From Acutalibacteraceae bacterium (GTDB taxonomy: Bacteria > Bacillota > Clostridia > Oscillospirales > Acutalibacteraceae): 44,788 bases of DNA. Shown here one piece after another: positions 1 through 8,073 of the stretch. A program made the position numbers and the translations under genes. The stretch is taken from NCBI GenBank assembly GCA_045595685.1, contig JAZOAX010000166.1, positions 1 to 44,788 on the forward strand. The letters are read 5' to 3'. The notes beneath the pieces are model-generated. The model was not told the DNA's origin. It ran no database searches and was given only the letters and a program-made list of their open reading frames with translations. Each line of letters begins with the position of its first letter. The stretch's first letter is position 1.

Positions 1-71
1 CAACGAGCGAAGCGCGGCGATAGCGCGGTAGCGCGGGACAAAATCCCTTACAGCGCGCCATAGGAAAACGA

Positions 72-103
72 GGTTCTACGAAAGTAGGACCCTTTTCTTT
101 TTA
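72..103 (+). terminator. Rho-independent terminator-like hairpin at the window start
   Basis: GGTTCTAC-GAAA-GTAGGACC (8-bp stem with one G-T pair, GNRA loop) followed by CTTTTCTTTTT. It lies just after a short reading-frame tail ending at TAG 61-63. Confidence 0.5.
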
Positions 104-158
104 TTTGTAAATATAAAGAAGGGATTCGAACAAGGAGGGAGAAATCCGCTGCTTTATC

Positions 159-186
159 TTGACAAACGGGAGTATCCGTGTATAAA
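159..186 (+). promoter_or_regulatory. Sigma-A type promoter for the 217-1239 gene
   Basis: TTGACA (159-164), 16-nt spacer, TATAAA (181-186) with TG immediately upstream. The ORF-track GTG start at 178 lies inside this promoter. Confidence 0.55.
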
Positions 187-216
187 ATTGTATCAGATAA
201 AAGGCGAGGTGAAACT

Positions 217-1239
217 ATGAAATTCCGTGTGCCGTCATATTACAGTGATTTTCACTGCATAGCCGATAAATGCACAGATAACTGCTGCGTCGGTTGGGAA
301 ATTGAAACAGACAGCGACACTCTTGCGTATTATAAATCCGTTGGTGGTGATTTCGGCAAAAGGCTGAAAGAAAATATATCTGCCGAAAACACTTTTATTC
401 TCAGAAACGAAAGGTGCCCCTTTCTTAACGGCAAAAACCTTTGCGATATTATAATAAACTGCGGTGAAGAGCACCTTTGTCAGATATGCCGTGACCATCC
501 CAGATATTTTGAGTGGTACGGTGATATCAAAGAGGGCGGAGTGGGCCTTTCCTGCGAAGAAGCGGCAAGACTTGTTCTTAACAACAGTGATTTCGGTTTT
601 TGCGAAAGTGAAGTTAACGAAGAGAAGGAAGAAGTTGATGAAGAACTCTTTTCTTTGCTTTATTCGGTCCGTGAAGACATTTTTTTGCTTCTGAGCGAAA
701 ACATCTCACTCGGAGAAAAACTTTGCCTGCTTCTTGATTTTGCAGAAAAACTGCAATTCAGAATTGACAATCCTCACATTGAAAATGATTGTCGGTACTC
801 CGAAATACCTGAGGGTCAGAAGTCGGATATAAAAGAAATAGTCAATCTGTTTGCAGATTTTGAGTCCATTGACAGTGTCTGGACTTCTGAATTTAAAACA
901 CTTGCCGCAAGAGAAGGTAAGAATATAAAAAGACTTTCGGAAAAATCGGAAAAGTTTATGTTGAATCTGTGCAGATATTTTATCTGGCGGTATTTTATGA
1001 AAGGCGTTTTCGATGAAGAAATACTTTCAAAAGTGAAGTTTGCAATAGTATCCGTTCTGTTTATCTTTTTTATGTGTGGCGGCGGAGATGCCTTGGATTT
1101 GTGGCAGGAAAAAAGCAAACTGTATTCCAAAGAAATGGAATACAGCGACGAAAACAGAGAGATGTTTTATGATTACTGCTATGAAAAAGAATGTCTTTCA
1201 TCTGCAGAAATTAAAAGTATCATCAGAAGTTTATTATAA
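217..1239 (+). CDS. FliB-like flagellin lysine-N-methylase / YkgJ-type Cys-cluster protein (340 aa)
   Basis: Start moved to ATG 217 (MKFRVPSYY), preceded by GAGGTG 6 nt upstream. The N-terminus FHCIADKCTDNCCVGWEIE...CPFL...CxxC resembles the FliB/CxxCxxCC family. No flagellar genes are nearby. Confidence 0.5.
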   Translation: MKFRVPSYYSDFHCIADKCTDNCCVGWEIETDSDTLAYYKSVGGDFGKRLKENISAENTFILRNERCPFLNGKNLCDIIINCGEEHLCQICRDHPRYFEWYGDIKEGGVGLSCEEAARLVLNNSDFGFCESEVNEEKEEVDEELFSLLYSVREDIFLLLSENISLGEKLCLLLDFAEKLQFRIDNPHIENDCRYSEIPEGQKSDIKEIVNLFADFESIDSVWTSEFKTLAAREGKNIKRLSEKSEKFMLNLCRYFIWRYFMKGVFDEEILSKVKFAIVSVLFIFFMCGGGDALDLWQEKSKLYSKEMEYSDENREMFYDYCYEKECLSSAEIKSIIRSLL

Positions 1240-1243
1240 TAAA

Positions 1244-1279
1244 AAGCCTGAAAATTCTTGGAATTTCAGGCTTTTTTGT
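1244..1279. terminator. Bidirectional terminator between convergent genes
   Basis: AAGCCTGAAA / TTTCAGGCTT 10-bp stem, A-run on the left and TTTTTGTTTT on the right. Confidence 0.8.
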
Positions 1280-1280
1280 T

Positions 1281-2663
1281 TTAATCGTCAACCACAGTGT
1301 TAAGCCATACGCCTTTGTGAACAAAGGCATATCCGAGAATACACTTTATAATATCCGCACTTAAAACGGTGATGTAAAGGGGTACAATGGGAACTTCTGT
1401 GAAACGGCTGAGACAGAACGCAAGGGGCACGGATACCATCCACACAAAGCCACTGTCAAAAAGGAAAGTGATGAATGTTTTACCGCCTGAACGCAGTGTG
1501 AAATAGCAGGCATTGGTGAAAGCCTGAACAGGCATAAATGACGCAATAACAATTATGATGGTCGAGGCAAGGTCTTTCACTTCCTGCTCAGTGTTATAAA
1601 TTCCGGGGAACAGACGGGAAAAACACATCATAACAACCGCAAAACCCAGAACAACTGAAGTGGCAAAGAAAATCATTCTCGGGCCGGATTTCGCTGCTTC
1701 ATCCTTTTTGCCTGCGCCGAGCATCTGGCTTAAAATAATACCGATAGCACTGCCGAAGGCAATGAAAGCAACATTGAAAACATTGTTGAGGGTATTTACA
1801 ATGTTGATTGCGGCAACAACGGAAAGACCTCTTACACTGTAGCATTGGTTAAGAAATGCCATACCCATTGACCAGAGCCCCTCGTTTATGAGAAGGGGTG
1901 TTGATACAATAATAATTTTTTTAATCTGCTCTTTTGTAAGGGTGGTTTTTGAAACAACTCTTTTAAGAAAGGGATATTTCTTTTTGTGGGTGTGTCCCCA
2001 TACCATCAGAATTCCGCACTCGGCAAAACGGGCAATTACTGTTGCAATGGCTGCACCTTCAATACCCATTTCAGGAGCACCGAAGTGTCCGAAAATGAGA
2101 ATATAGTTAAGAATAAGGTTAATAAAAACTGCCGTAACAGTGGAAATCATGGGAATGACTCTATCATTGGTTTCACGCATTGTGCTTGCGTAGGCAGAGG
2201 CAATTGCAAAGGGGAGATTACCCCAGAGCATAATGTTAAGATAACTTTTACTGTAAGATGCAACAAGGGCAATATCCTGAGGGTCCGAATCGCTTTGTAT
2301 GTAGGCGGAAATAAGGTTGTCACCGAAGAGTATAAAAACGGCAAGTCCCGCAAGGGTGAGAATAATTGCCGAAACAATTTTGAACTGCAGAGTGTTTTTT
2401 ACGCCTTCATCATCTTTTTTGCCGTAAAACTGCGCCGTGAAAATACCTGCACCGCTGAGGGCACCGAAAATGCACAGATTAAAAACAAAAATCAACTGGT
2501 TGACAATGGAAACACTTGTCATCTGAAGTGTGCCGACCTGACCTACCATTATATTATCCAGCATATTAACAAAGTTTGTAACGCCGTTCTGAATCATAAT
2601 GGGAAAGGCTATGGTTATCATCCGTTTGTAATAGGGTATACTTGACTTAATATAATTAATCAT
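1281..2663 (-). CDS. MATE family efflux transporter (460 aa)
   Basis: Polytopic membrane protein with a typical MATE N-terminus (YKRMITIAFPIMIQNGVTNFVNMLDNIMVGQ). Start set at ATG 2663 with AAGGAAA RBS. The 113-aa N-terminal extension in the ORF track overlaps a terminator, a promoter and the neighbouring gene. Confidence 0.85.
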   Translation of the reverse strand: MINYIKSSIPYYKRMITIAFPIMIQNGVTNFVNMLDNIMVGQVGTLQMTSVSIVNQLIFVFNLCIFGALSGAGIFTAQFYGKKDDEGVKNTLQFKIVSAIILTLAGLAVFILFGDNLISAYIQSDSDPQDIALVASYSKSYLNIMLWGNLPFAIASAYASTMRETNDRVIPMISTVTAVFINLILNYILIFGHFGAPEMGIEGAAIATVIARFAECGILMVWGHTHKKKYPFLKRVVSKTTLTKEQIKKIIIVSTPLLINEGLWSMGMAFLNQCYSVRGLSVVAAINIVNTLNNVFNVAFIAFGSAIGIILSQMLGAGKKDEAAKSGPRMIFFATSVVLGFAVVMMCFSRLFPGIYNTEQEVKDLASTIIIVIASFMPVQAFTNACYFTLRSGGKTFITFLFDSGFVWMVSVPLAFCLSRFTEVPIVPLYITVLSADIIKCILGYAFVHKGVWLNTVVDD

Positions 2664-2730
2664 TGGATTTTCCTTTCGGTTTTTTGCGAGTATAAGAATA
2701 CAACAAAGGCAGAATAAAGTCAATAGGGCA

Positions 2731-2758
2731 GAAAAATCCTCCCGATTCTTTCGGGAGG
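2731..2758 (-). terminator. Terminator of the small secreted protein gene
   Basis: On the minus strand: CCTCCCGA-AAGAA-TCGGGAGG (8-bp stem) followed by ATTTTTC. Confidence 0.7.
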
Positions 2759-2766
2759 TTGAATTC

Positions 2767-3168
2767 TTATTGGGCTGCAGTGGTGTCTGCTGCGGTTGTT
2801 TCAGCGGGTGCTGTGGGGAACATATCCATAAATCCGCCACCGAGGAATTCACCTGCTTTTGCTGCAAGTTCAATGATTTTGTTGATGATGTCTCTGAATG
2901 CTCTGAGAATCTTACCCATGATGCCGCTGACTTCGCGAACTTCATCTTCGGCACCTGCAAGACCACCAAGGTTTTCAGATACCATTGCGTCGATTTCTTC
3001 ATCTAAACTTGAAGTGGGCTCTAAAGTGGTGGGTACATATGTAAGAGGATGGGTTGTTGATTCTGATGCTGTTGTGTCGGCAGCAGAGCCTGATACCGAT
3101 GCACCTACCATAAGGGCTGCAAGAAGAATTGCAATTATGGGGATTAGAAATTTGTTACGGATTTTCAT
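2767..3168 (-). CDS. Small secreted protein of unknown function (133 aa) with signal peptide, Thr/Ser-rich linkers and a central amphipathic helix
   Basis: Signal peptide MKIRNKFLIPIIAILLAALMVGASVSG. GGAG RBS (CAAAGGAGATAACCGAAATG). Has its own promoter and terminator. I recognise no family. Confidence 0.7.
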   Translation of the reverse strand: MKIRNKFLIPIIAILLAALMVGASVSGSAADTTASESTTHPLTYVPTTLEPTSSLDEEIDAMVSENLGGLAGAEDEVREVSGIMGKILRAFRDIINKIIELAAKAGEFLGGGFMDMFPTAPAETTAADTTAAQ

Positions 3169-3212
3169 TTCGGTTATCTCCTTTGTATTAGTTTATAAAA
3201 TTACCTGACTTC

Positions 3213-3241
3213 ATTATAGCAAAAACAAAAGCGTTATGCAA
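3213..3241 (-). promoter_or_regulatory. Sigma-A promoter of the 2767-3168 gene
   Basis: Minus strand: TTGCAT, 17 nt, TATAAT. Confidence 0.6.
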
Positions 3242-3414
3242 CACATACTAAAGATTTTTTACTTGTAGGCTGACAGAATTTGACTTATCGAATATTTAAA
3301 GCGGCAAAGGCAAAAAGCAGAATCGGCAATTCAGGGGCGTTTCGCCACCGATAACTTATACCGCAAAAGCGTCTTAATACTTCTCTTAATTCATTTTATG
3401 CACAATTGCAGTGA

Positions 3415-3444
3415 TTGACATAAAGGGATTTTATGAGATATAAT
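3415..3444 (+). promoter_or_regulatory. Sigma-A promoter of the nucleosidase gene
   Basis: TTGACA (3415-3420), 18 nt, TATAAT (3439-3444). This leaves only about 30 nt of 5' UTR. Confidence 0.65.
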
Positions 3445-3481
3445 ATCAGAGAATATTTTAAAAAAAGAAAGGACTTTACTT

Positions 3482-4204
3482 ATGAATAAAACAGTAGGCT
3501 GCATTTTTGCAGATTCAATGGAATACGGACCTTTTCTTCAGTGGGCAAAAGAAAACGGCGGCACAGAAAGTGTAAGAAGAGGCAACGAAAGTGTTGAACT
3601 CACACTCACAAATAACGGCAGAACGCTTAAAGTAGTTGGTGTCAAGTGCGGTATAGGCAAAGTGAATGCTGCTTCGGCAACGGCATTTTTAATTGCAGAC
3701 GACAAGGCAGATTTTATCCTCAATGCAGGTCTTTCAGGTGCAGTGCACGGACTTAAAAGAGAAGATATGGTTGCAGCCACAACATATATCGAGTGTGACT
3801 TTGACCTTACTGCAATCGGTTACGGCCTGGGTGTAAAGGCAGACGGACAGAAATACCTTTATAATTCCGACGAAAAACTTCTTGCCCTCGCATTGCAGAG
3901 TCCCGGTATCATTGCTGCAAAAACAGGTACCGGTGACATTTTCCTTGCAGACCCCGTTAAAAAAGAACTTTTCAGAAATACTTTTTCCGTTGATTCTTTT
4001 GATATGGAAACCGCGGCCATTGCCGGTGTGTGCGACAAAACAGGGGTGCCGATGCTCTCGCTTCGCAAAATAAGTGACGATGCAGACGGTGATGCTTATG
4101 AAACCTACCGTGAAATGAATGAGCGTCAGGAGTCCTGCCTTACTGAACTTCTTTGCAACATTATGTTGCGATATCTGGATTCAGACGAGATGTGGATAAG
4201 TTGA
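3482..4204 (+). CDS. mtnN: 5'-methylthioadenosine/S-adenosylhomocysteine nucleosidase family (PNP_UDP_1 fold)
   Basis: Motifs GVKCGIGKVNAASATAFLI, NAGLSGAV, FDMETAAIAGVC and SLRKISD are typical of Pfs/MtnN. Confidence 0.75.
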   Translation: MNKTVGCIFADSMEYGPFLQWAKENGGTESVRRGNESVELTLTNNGRTLKVVGVKCGIGKVNAASATAFLIADDKADFILNAGLSGAVHGLKREDMVAATTYIECDFDLTAIGYGLGVKADGQKYLYNSDEKLLALALQSPGIIAAKTGTGDIFLADPVKKELFRNTFSVDSFDMETAAIAGVCDKTGVPMLSLRKISDDADGDAYETYREMNERQESCLTELLCNIMLRYLDSDEMWIS

Positions 4205-4252
4205 CGGGCATAAAAAAGGTATAAAAAAGGTATAAAAATTCATTTTTTCCTC

Positions 4253-4281
4253 TTGAAAAAAAGAAAATCGGATAGTATAAT
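4253..4281 (+). promoter_or_regulatory. Sigma-A promoter upstream of PHP gene 1
   Basis: TTGAAA (4253-4258), 17 nt, TATAAT (4276-4281). Confidence 0.6.
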
Positions 4282-4372
4282 TAAAGATGGAATATTAGCA
4301 TAGAGGAAGTATACCCTTTTTTCTTGAATTTATTGAAAAAGGGCAAAACTTCAGGAAAAGGGGATAAGGATT

Positions 4373-5251
4373 TTGAAAGCAGATTTACATTGCCACACTA
4401 AACTTTCAGACGGCACAATGGGCATTGACGATATTCTCGTTCTTGCCAAAAACAGCGGTGTAACAACTCTTGCAATCACGGACCATGACTGCCTTGCAGG
4501 CGTTGTGAGAGCAGAACTTATCGGTCAGAGATACGGCGTAACCGTTATTCCTGCCGTTGAGTTTTCCGCAACTGATTACAAGAGAAATTCAAAAGTACAT
4601 ATTCTTTGCTATCTTCCCGACAAACCGGAAAGACTTGAAGGCCTTTGCAAGAGCAACTCCCTTCTCAGAAAAAGAGCAGGACAGATGATGGTGCTCAAAA
4701 CAGCAAAGAAATTCCCGGTTACTCCGGAATTTATCACAAAATGTTGTCAGGGCTCAACAAACATCTATAAGCAGCACATTATGCAGGCCCTTATGGAATG
4801 CGGCTACACAACCACAATTTTCGGTGACCTTTACAAAATGCTTTTCACAAAAGAATCAAGAATGAATGTTCTTATGGAAACAAAGTATCCCGAGCCCACC
4901 GAAATCATCAATGCAATTCACGAAGCAGGCGGTGTCGCAGTTCTTGCTCACCCCGGATTTTACGATAACTTTGAACTTTTTGAAGAACTTATTCCCGAAG
5001 GTCTTGACGGCGTTGAAGTATGGCATCCGGAAAACACTCCCGAGCAGCAGGAACACCTCATACAAATTGCAAAAAAACACGGCCTTGTTATGACAGGCGG
5101 CAGTGACTTCCACGGTGCATATAACGCTTATCCCATAAGACTCGGCGATTACGGCCCCGATGAAGAAAACCTTAACCGTCTTATGACATATAAAGCAAAA
5201 AAACGCAGAAAACAGAAGAAACTTGAAGCGGCAGCGGCGGCAGAAGGTTGA
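4373..5251 (+). CDS. PHP-domain phosphoesterase (TrpH/YciV-like), TTG start
   Basis: KADLHCHTKLSDG...ITDHD...LAHP...GGSDFHG metal-binding His/Asp motifs of the PHP family. RBS is AAGGGGATAAGGA. Confidence 0.8.
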   Translation: MKADLHCHTKLSDGTMGIDDILVLAKNSGVTTLAITDHDCLAGVVRAELIGQRYGVTVIPAVEFSATDYKRNSKVHILCYLPDKPERLEGLCKSNSLLRKRAGQMMVLKTAKKFPVTPEFITKCCQGSTNIYKQHIMQALMECGYTTTIFGDLYKMLFTKESRMNVLMETKYPEPTEIINAIHEAGGVAVLAHPGFYDNFELFEELIPEGLDGVEVWHPENTPEQQEHLIQIAKKHGLVMTGGSDFHGAYNAYPIRLGDYGPDEENLNRLMTYKAKKRRKQKKLEAAAAAEG

Positions 5252-5275
5252 TTCTGAATCCGAAAGGAGAATACG

Positions 5276-5860
5276 ATGAGCGAAAACGATGTTAAAATTT
5301 ATCACAGCAAAAGTGAACTGAACAAAAGCGGCAGTGACCTTTCTTCTGCTTTTGATGCAGTTATTGTTCACCGTACCAACGGAAATCTTGATAAAGCCAG
5401 AATTCTCGGCGAAAGCCTTGCAACAATAACACCCTCGGCAAACGGTGACGGAATAATCGTTGACCTGAAAGACCACCTTGCACCCAAATATTTTGCACCT
5501 GATATTCTTTATCAGATCAAGGTGCTTCTTGTGTTTGCCTGCGAAACCCTTCTGCAGATTGAAATTCCCGTATCAGTGGTGTCCACAACGGCAATTACTG
5601 CTATGCACAACAAAATCAAGGAACTTTCACCGGGCTTTTATGCAAACATTTCAAACGGAGCGGCATTTACTTTTTATTACCTTGCTGTTCAGAAAGGCGG
5701 AGACCTTTCCGAAAACATCGGTGAAGCCTTTGCAATGCTTTGCTCTGTAAAGAATAAGGAAGGCTTTGTAAATGCAGGCAAAACTGTGTGGAACATTGCC
5801 GTTGACCTTATTGAAAAAGAAATTGAAAAAGCAGATTTCAAGGTTATTATGACTGAATAA
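5276..5860 (+). CDS. Hypothetical protein (194 aa), no family recognised
   Basis: Long ORF with AAAGGAGA RBS, 24 nt after the PHP gene stop. Codon usage resembles its neighbours. Confidence 0.7.
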   Translation: MSENDVKIYHSKSELNKSGSDLSSAFDAVIVHRTNGNLDKARILGESLATITPSANGDGIIVDLKDHLAPKYFAPDILYQIKVLLVFACETLLQIEIPVSVVSTTAITAMHNKIKELSPGFYANISNGAAFTFYYLAVQKGGDLSENIGEAFAMLCSVKNKEGFVNAGKTVWNIAVDLIEKEIEKADFKVIMTE

Positions 5861-5896
5861 AAATAAAAAGAATTAACCCGGTAAAGTCCGGGAAAA

Positions 5897-5923
5897 GACG
5901 GACTGGGAACCTCAGTCCGTTTT
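5897..5923 (+). terminator. Intercistronic hairpin with a short T-tract (weak terminator or attenuator) directly before the DRTGG operon RBS
   Basis: ACGGACTG-GGAACCT-CAGTCCGT (8 bp, 9 with a G-T pair) then TTTG. It is preceded by a second GC hairpin CCCGG-TAAAGT-CCGGG (5877-5892). The GGAGGA RBS starts at 5932. Confidence 0.5.
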
Positions 5924-5944
5924 GTACTATTGGAGGAATATAAA

Positions 5945-6295
5945 ATGAAAATCAGCGACATTCAGAAAATTCTTGAAGCAGAAGTTATCTGCAAGGCAGA
6001 TATGCTTGAAAAAGAGGTTAAGGCTGCCTGCGGCAGTGATATGATGAGTGATGTTCTTGCTTTTGTTAAAGAGCAGGCAGCACTTCTAACAGGTCTTGTT
6101 AATCCTCAGGTGGTCAGAACTGCCGAAATGATGGATATGCACTGCATAATTTTTGTAAGAGGAAAAAGACCTACCTTGGATATGATTGAAATGGCTGAAG
6201 ACAGAGATATGGTGATGCTCTGCACAGACCTTGAAATGTTCACAGCCTGCGGAAAACTTTATTCTGAAGGCTTGAGAGGAGGCAGCGGAAAATAA
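5945..6295 (+). CDS. DRTGG-domain protein A (116 aa)
   Basis: Start set at ATG 5945, 7 nt after GGAGGA. The sequence ...SDMMSDVLAF...ALLTGLVNPQVVRTAEMMDMHCIIFVRGKRP... is typical of small stand-alone DRTGG proteins. Confidence 0.75.
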   Translation: MKISDIQKILEAEVICKADMLEKEVKAACGSDMMSDVLAFVKEQAALLTGLVNPQVVRTAEMMDMHCIIFVRGKRPTLDMIEMAEDRDMVMLCTDLEMFTACGKLYSEGLRGGSGK

Positions 6296-6717
6296 TGGAC
6301 AGCATCAGACTGCATTATGTTGTACCCGGAGATGATTTCACAAGGGCAGGTGCTGCCTCAAGCGATGTTAAACGCACACTGAAAGAACTCGGAATTTCCC
6401 CGTCGGTTATAAGAAATGTTTCCATTGCCATGTATGAAGGTGAAATCAATATGGTAATTCACGCAGGCGGCGGAGATATCGATGTGGAAATTACCGAAAA
6501 TGAAATCATTATGACCCTTTCCGATCAGGGCCCCGGTATTGAAAATCTTGACCTTGCAATGAAGGAAGGTTTCTCCACTGCACCCGATAATATCCGTTGC
6601 CTCGGATTCGGTGCGGGTATGGGTCTTCCGAATATCAAAAAGTATACCGATGAATTTGCTATCGACACAAAAGTGGGTGTCGGCACAACTTTGCACCTGA
6701 AGGTATACATACAATAA
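6295..6717 (+). CDS. GHKL-type ATP-binding protein, RsbW/SpoIIAB-like (HATPase_c_2) putative serine kinase/anti-sigma-like (140 aa)
   Basis: N-box YEGEINMVIHA, G1 box DQGPGI, G2 box GFGAGMGL. Its ATG overlaps the upstream stop codon (TAATG). Confidence 0.8.
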   Translation: MDSIRLHYVVPGDDFTRAGAASSDVKRTLKELGISPSVIRNVSIAMYEGEINMVIHAGGGDIDVEITENEIIMTLSDQGPGIENLDLAMKEGFSTAPDNIRCLGFGAGMGLPNIKKYTDEFAIDTKVGVGTTLHLKVYIQ

Positions 6718-6735
6718 GTTAAAAAGGAGATAGTC

Positions 6736-8073
6736 ATGTCTATATTATTCCATTCGGTGCGTCTGGATGCAGACAAATGTCAGGGCTGTACCAATTGCAT
6801 CAAACGGTGTCCTACTCAGGCTATCAGAGTAAGAAATAAAAAAGCATACATAATTTCTGACCGTTGCATTGACTGCGGTGAGTGTATCCGAGTGTGTCCT
6901 CACCACGCAAAATATGCCATCAGTGAGCATTTCAACGAACTTCTGAAATATAAATACAGAATTGCACTTCCCGCGCCTGCCCTTTACGGACAGTTCAACA
7001 ACCTTGAAAATGTGGACTATGTTCTCACGGGCCTTAAAAAAATGGGCTTTGATGAAGTTGTTGAAGTTTCAAAGGGCGCAGAACTTCTCAGCAGTGCCAC
7101 AAGAATGATGATGGAATCGGGTGAACTAAGAAAGCCTGTTATTTCTTCAGCGTGTCCTGCTGCAGTGCGTCTTATAAGAACAAGATTCCCCAATCTTCTG
7201 CAGAATCTTCTGCCCACCTGCGCACCCATTGACATTGCGGCAATGATTGCAAGAAAAAATGCGGCAGAAAAAACGGGATACAAAAACGAAGAAATAGGCG
7301 TATTCTTCCTTTCTCCCTGCCCTGCGAAAAGAACTGCCATAATGAATCCTCTCTGTCACGAAAACTACGGTATCAACGGCGCAATTGCAATTAAAGATAT
7401 TTATCCCGTTCTTGTGCAGACAATGGATAAACTTCAGCCCGAAGAAATTGAAAACATAAACGATTCTGGTATTATCGGTGTTGGCTGGGCAAGTAGCGGC
7501 GGAGAAGCGGCAGGTATTCTTAAAGAAAGATATCTTGCTGCCGACGGTGTTGAAAATATCATCAATGTTCTTGAAGAACTTGAAGACGAAAAACTCAACG
7601 ACCTTGACTTTATTGAACTCAACTGCTGCACAGGCGGATGTGTGGGCGGTGTACTTACCGTTGAAAATCCTTATGTGGCAAAAGCAAGAATACAGAGACT
7701 TCGCAAGTTTATGCCTGTTTCCTGCAATTCACTTCCCGAGGACAGTGACCTGAGCGTTTTCAGTTGGACAAAAGAACTCACTCCGTCGCCTGCAATGAAA
7801 CTTGCAGACAATGTTATAAAAGCCATGAAGATGATGACGAGAATGAAAGAAATTGAAGCATCACTTCCGGGACTTGACTGCGGAATATGCGGTGCGCCTT
7901 CCTGCAGAGCCCTTGCAGAAGATATTGTGCGCGGCTATGCGGAAGAAAATGACTGCGTGCTTCATCACATTCAGGTTGGCGGAAACGGAAAGGGCGAAGA
8001 CTGGCTTCCCGCACCTTTCAGAGTAAAAGTAATGAATGAAGAAATAAACGAGGAAAAATCCGATGAATGTTAA
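6736..8073 (+). CDS. [FeFe]-hydrogenase-like Fe-S protein (445 aa): 2x[4Fe-4S] ferredoxin domain, Fe_hyd_lg_C-like domain and a C-terminal RnfB-N-like CxxCGxxxC domain; putative sensory type
   Basis: CQGCTNCIKRCP and CIDCGECIRVCP motifs. H-cluster motif equivalents are SSAC140P, SPC195PAK and NCC298TGGC302. The C-terminus carries C382GIC385GAPSC390...C407. Confidence 0.8.
   Translation: MSILFHSVRLDADKCQGCTNCIKRCPTQAIRVRNKKAYIISDRCIDCGECIRVCPHHAKYAISEHFNELLKYKYRIALPAPALYGQFNNLENVDYVLTGLKKMGFDEVVEVSKGAELLSSATRMMMESGELRKPVISSACPAAVRLIRTRFPNLLQNLLPTCAPIDIAAMIARKNAAEKTGYKNEEIGVFFLSPCPAKRTAIMNPLCHENYGINGAIAIKDIYPVLVQTMDKLQPEEIENINDSGIIGVGWASSGGEAAGILKERYLAADGVENIINVLEELEDEKLNDLDFIELNCCTGGCVGGVLTVENPYVAKARIQRLRKFMPVSCNSLPEDSDLSVFSWTKELTPSPAMKLADNVIKAMKMMTRMKEIEASLPGLDCGICGAPSCRALAEDIVRGYAEENDCVLHHIQVGGNGKGEDWLPAPFRVKVMNEEINEEKSDEC

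Noticed and set aside
2664-3002. N-terminal 113-aa extension of the 573-aa ORF (1281-3002, minus strand) in the ORF track.
   Set aside because: The extension is low-complexity. It runs across the terminator (2731-2758), a promoter-like region, and the separately supported 133-aa gene in another frame. An internal ATG at 2663 with an AAGGAAA RBS gives a normal 460-aa MATE protein.
3242-3481. Possible SAM/SAH-type riboswitch upstream of the MTA/SAH nucleosidase gene.
   Set aside because: A near-consensus promoter at 3415-3444 leaves only ~30 nt of 5' UTR. I saw no conserved riboswitch-like structure in 3242-3414.
4210-4238. Tandem 11-mer ATAAAAAAGGT x2.6 just after the nucleosidase stop.
   Set aside because: It is a short AT-rich slippage-type repeat in an intergenic spacer upstream of a promoter. 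It has no dyad symmetry and no second occurrence, so it is probably not functional.
4856-5476. Long antisense ORFs inside well-supported genes: 4856-5476, 8404-9009, 43431-44165, 1986-2645, 36412-36957, 15112-15561, 23785-24207, 2759-3208 and similar.
   Set aside because: They are typical shadow ORFs opposite highly biased coding frames. Their translations are Cys/Phe/Val-rich nonsense without RBS or motifs, while the sense-strand genes have clear family signatures.
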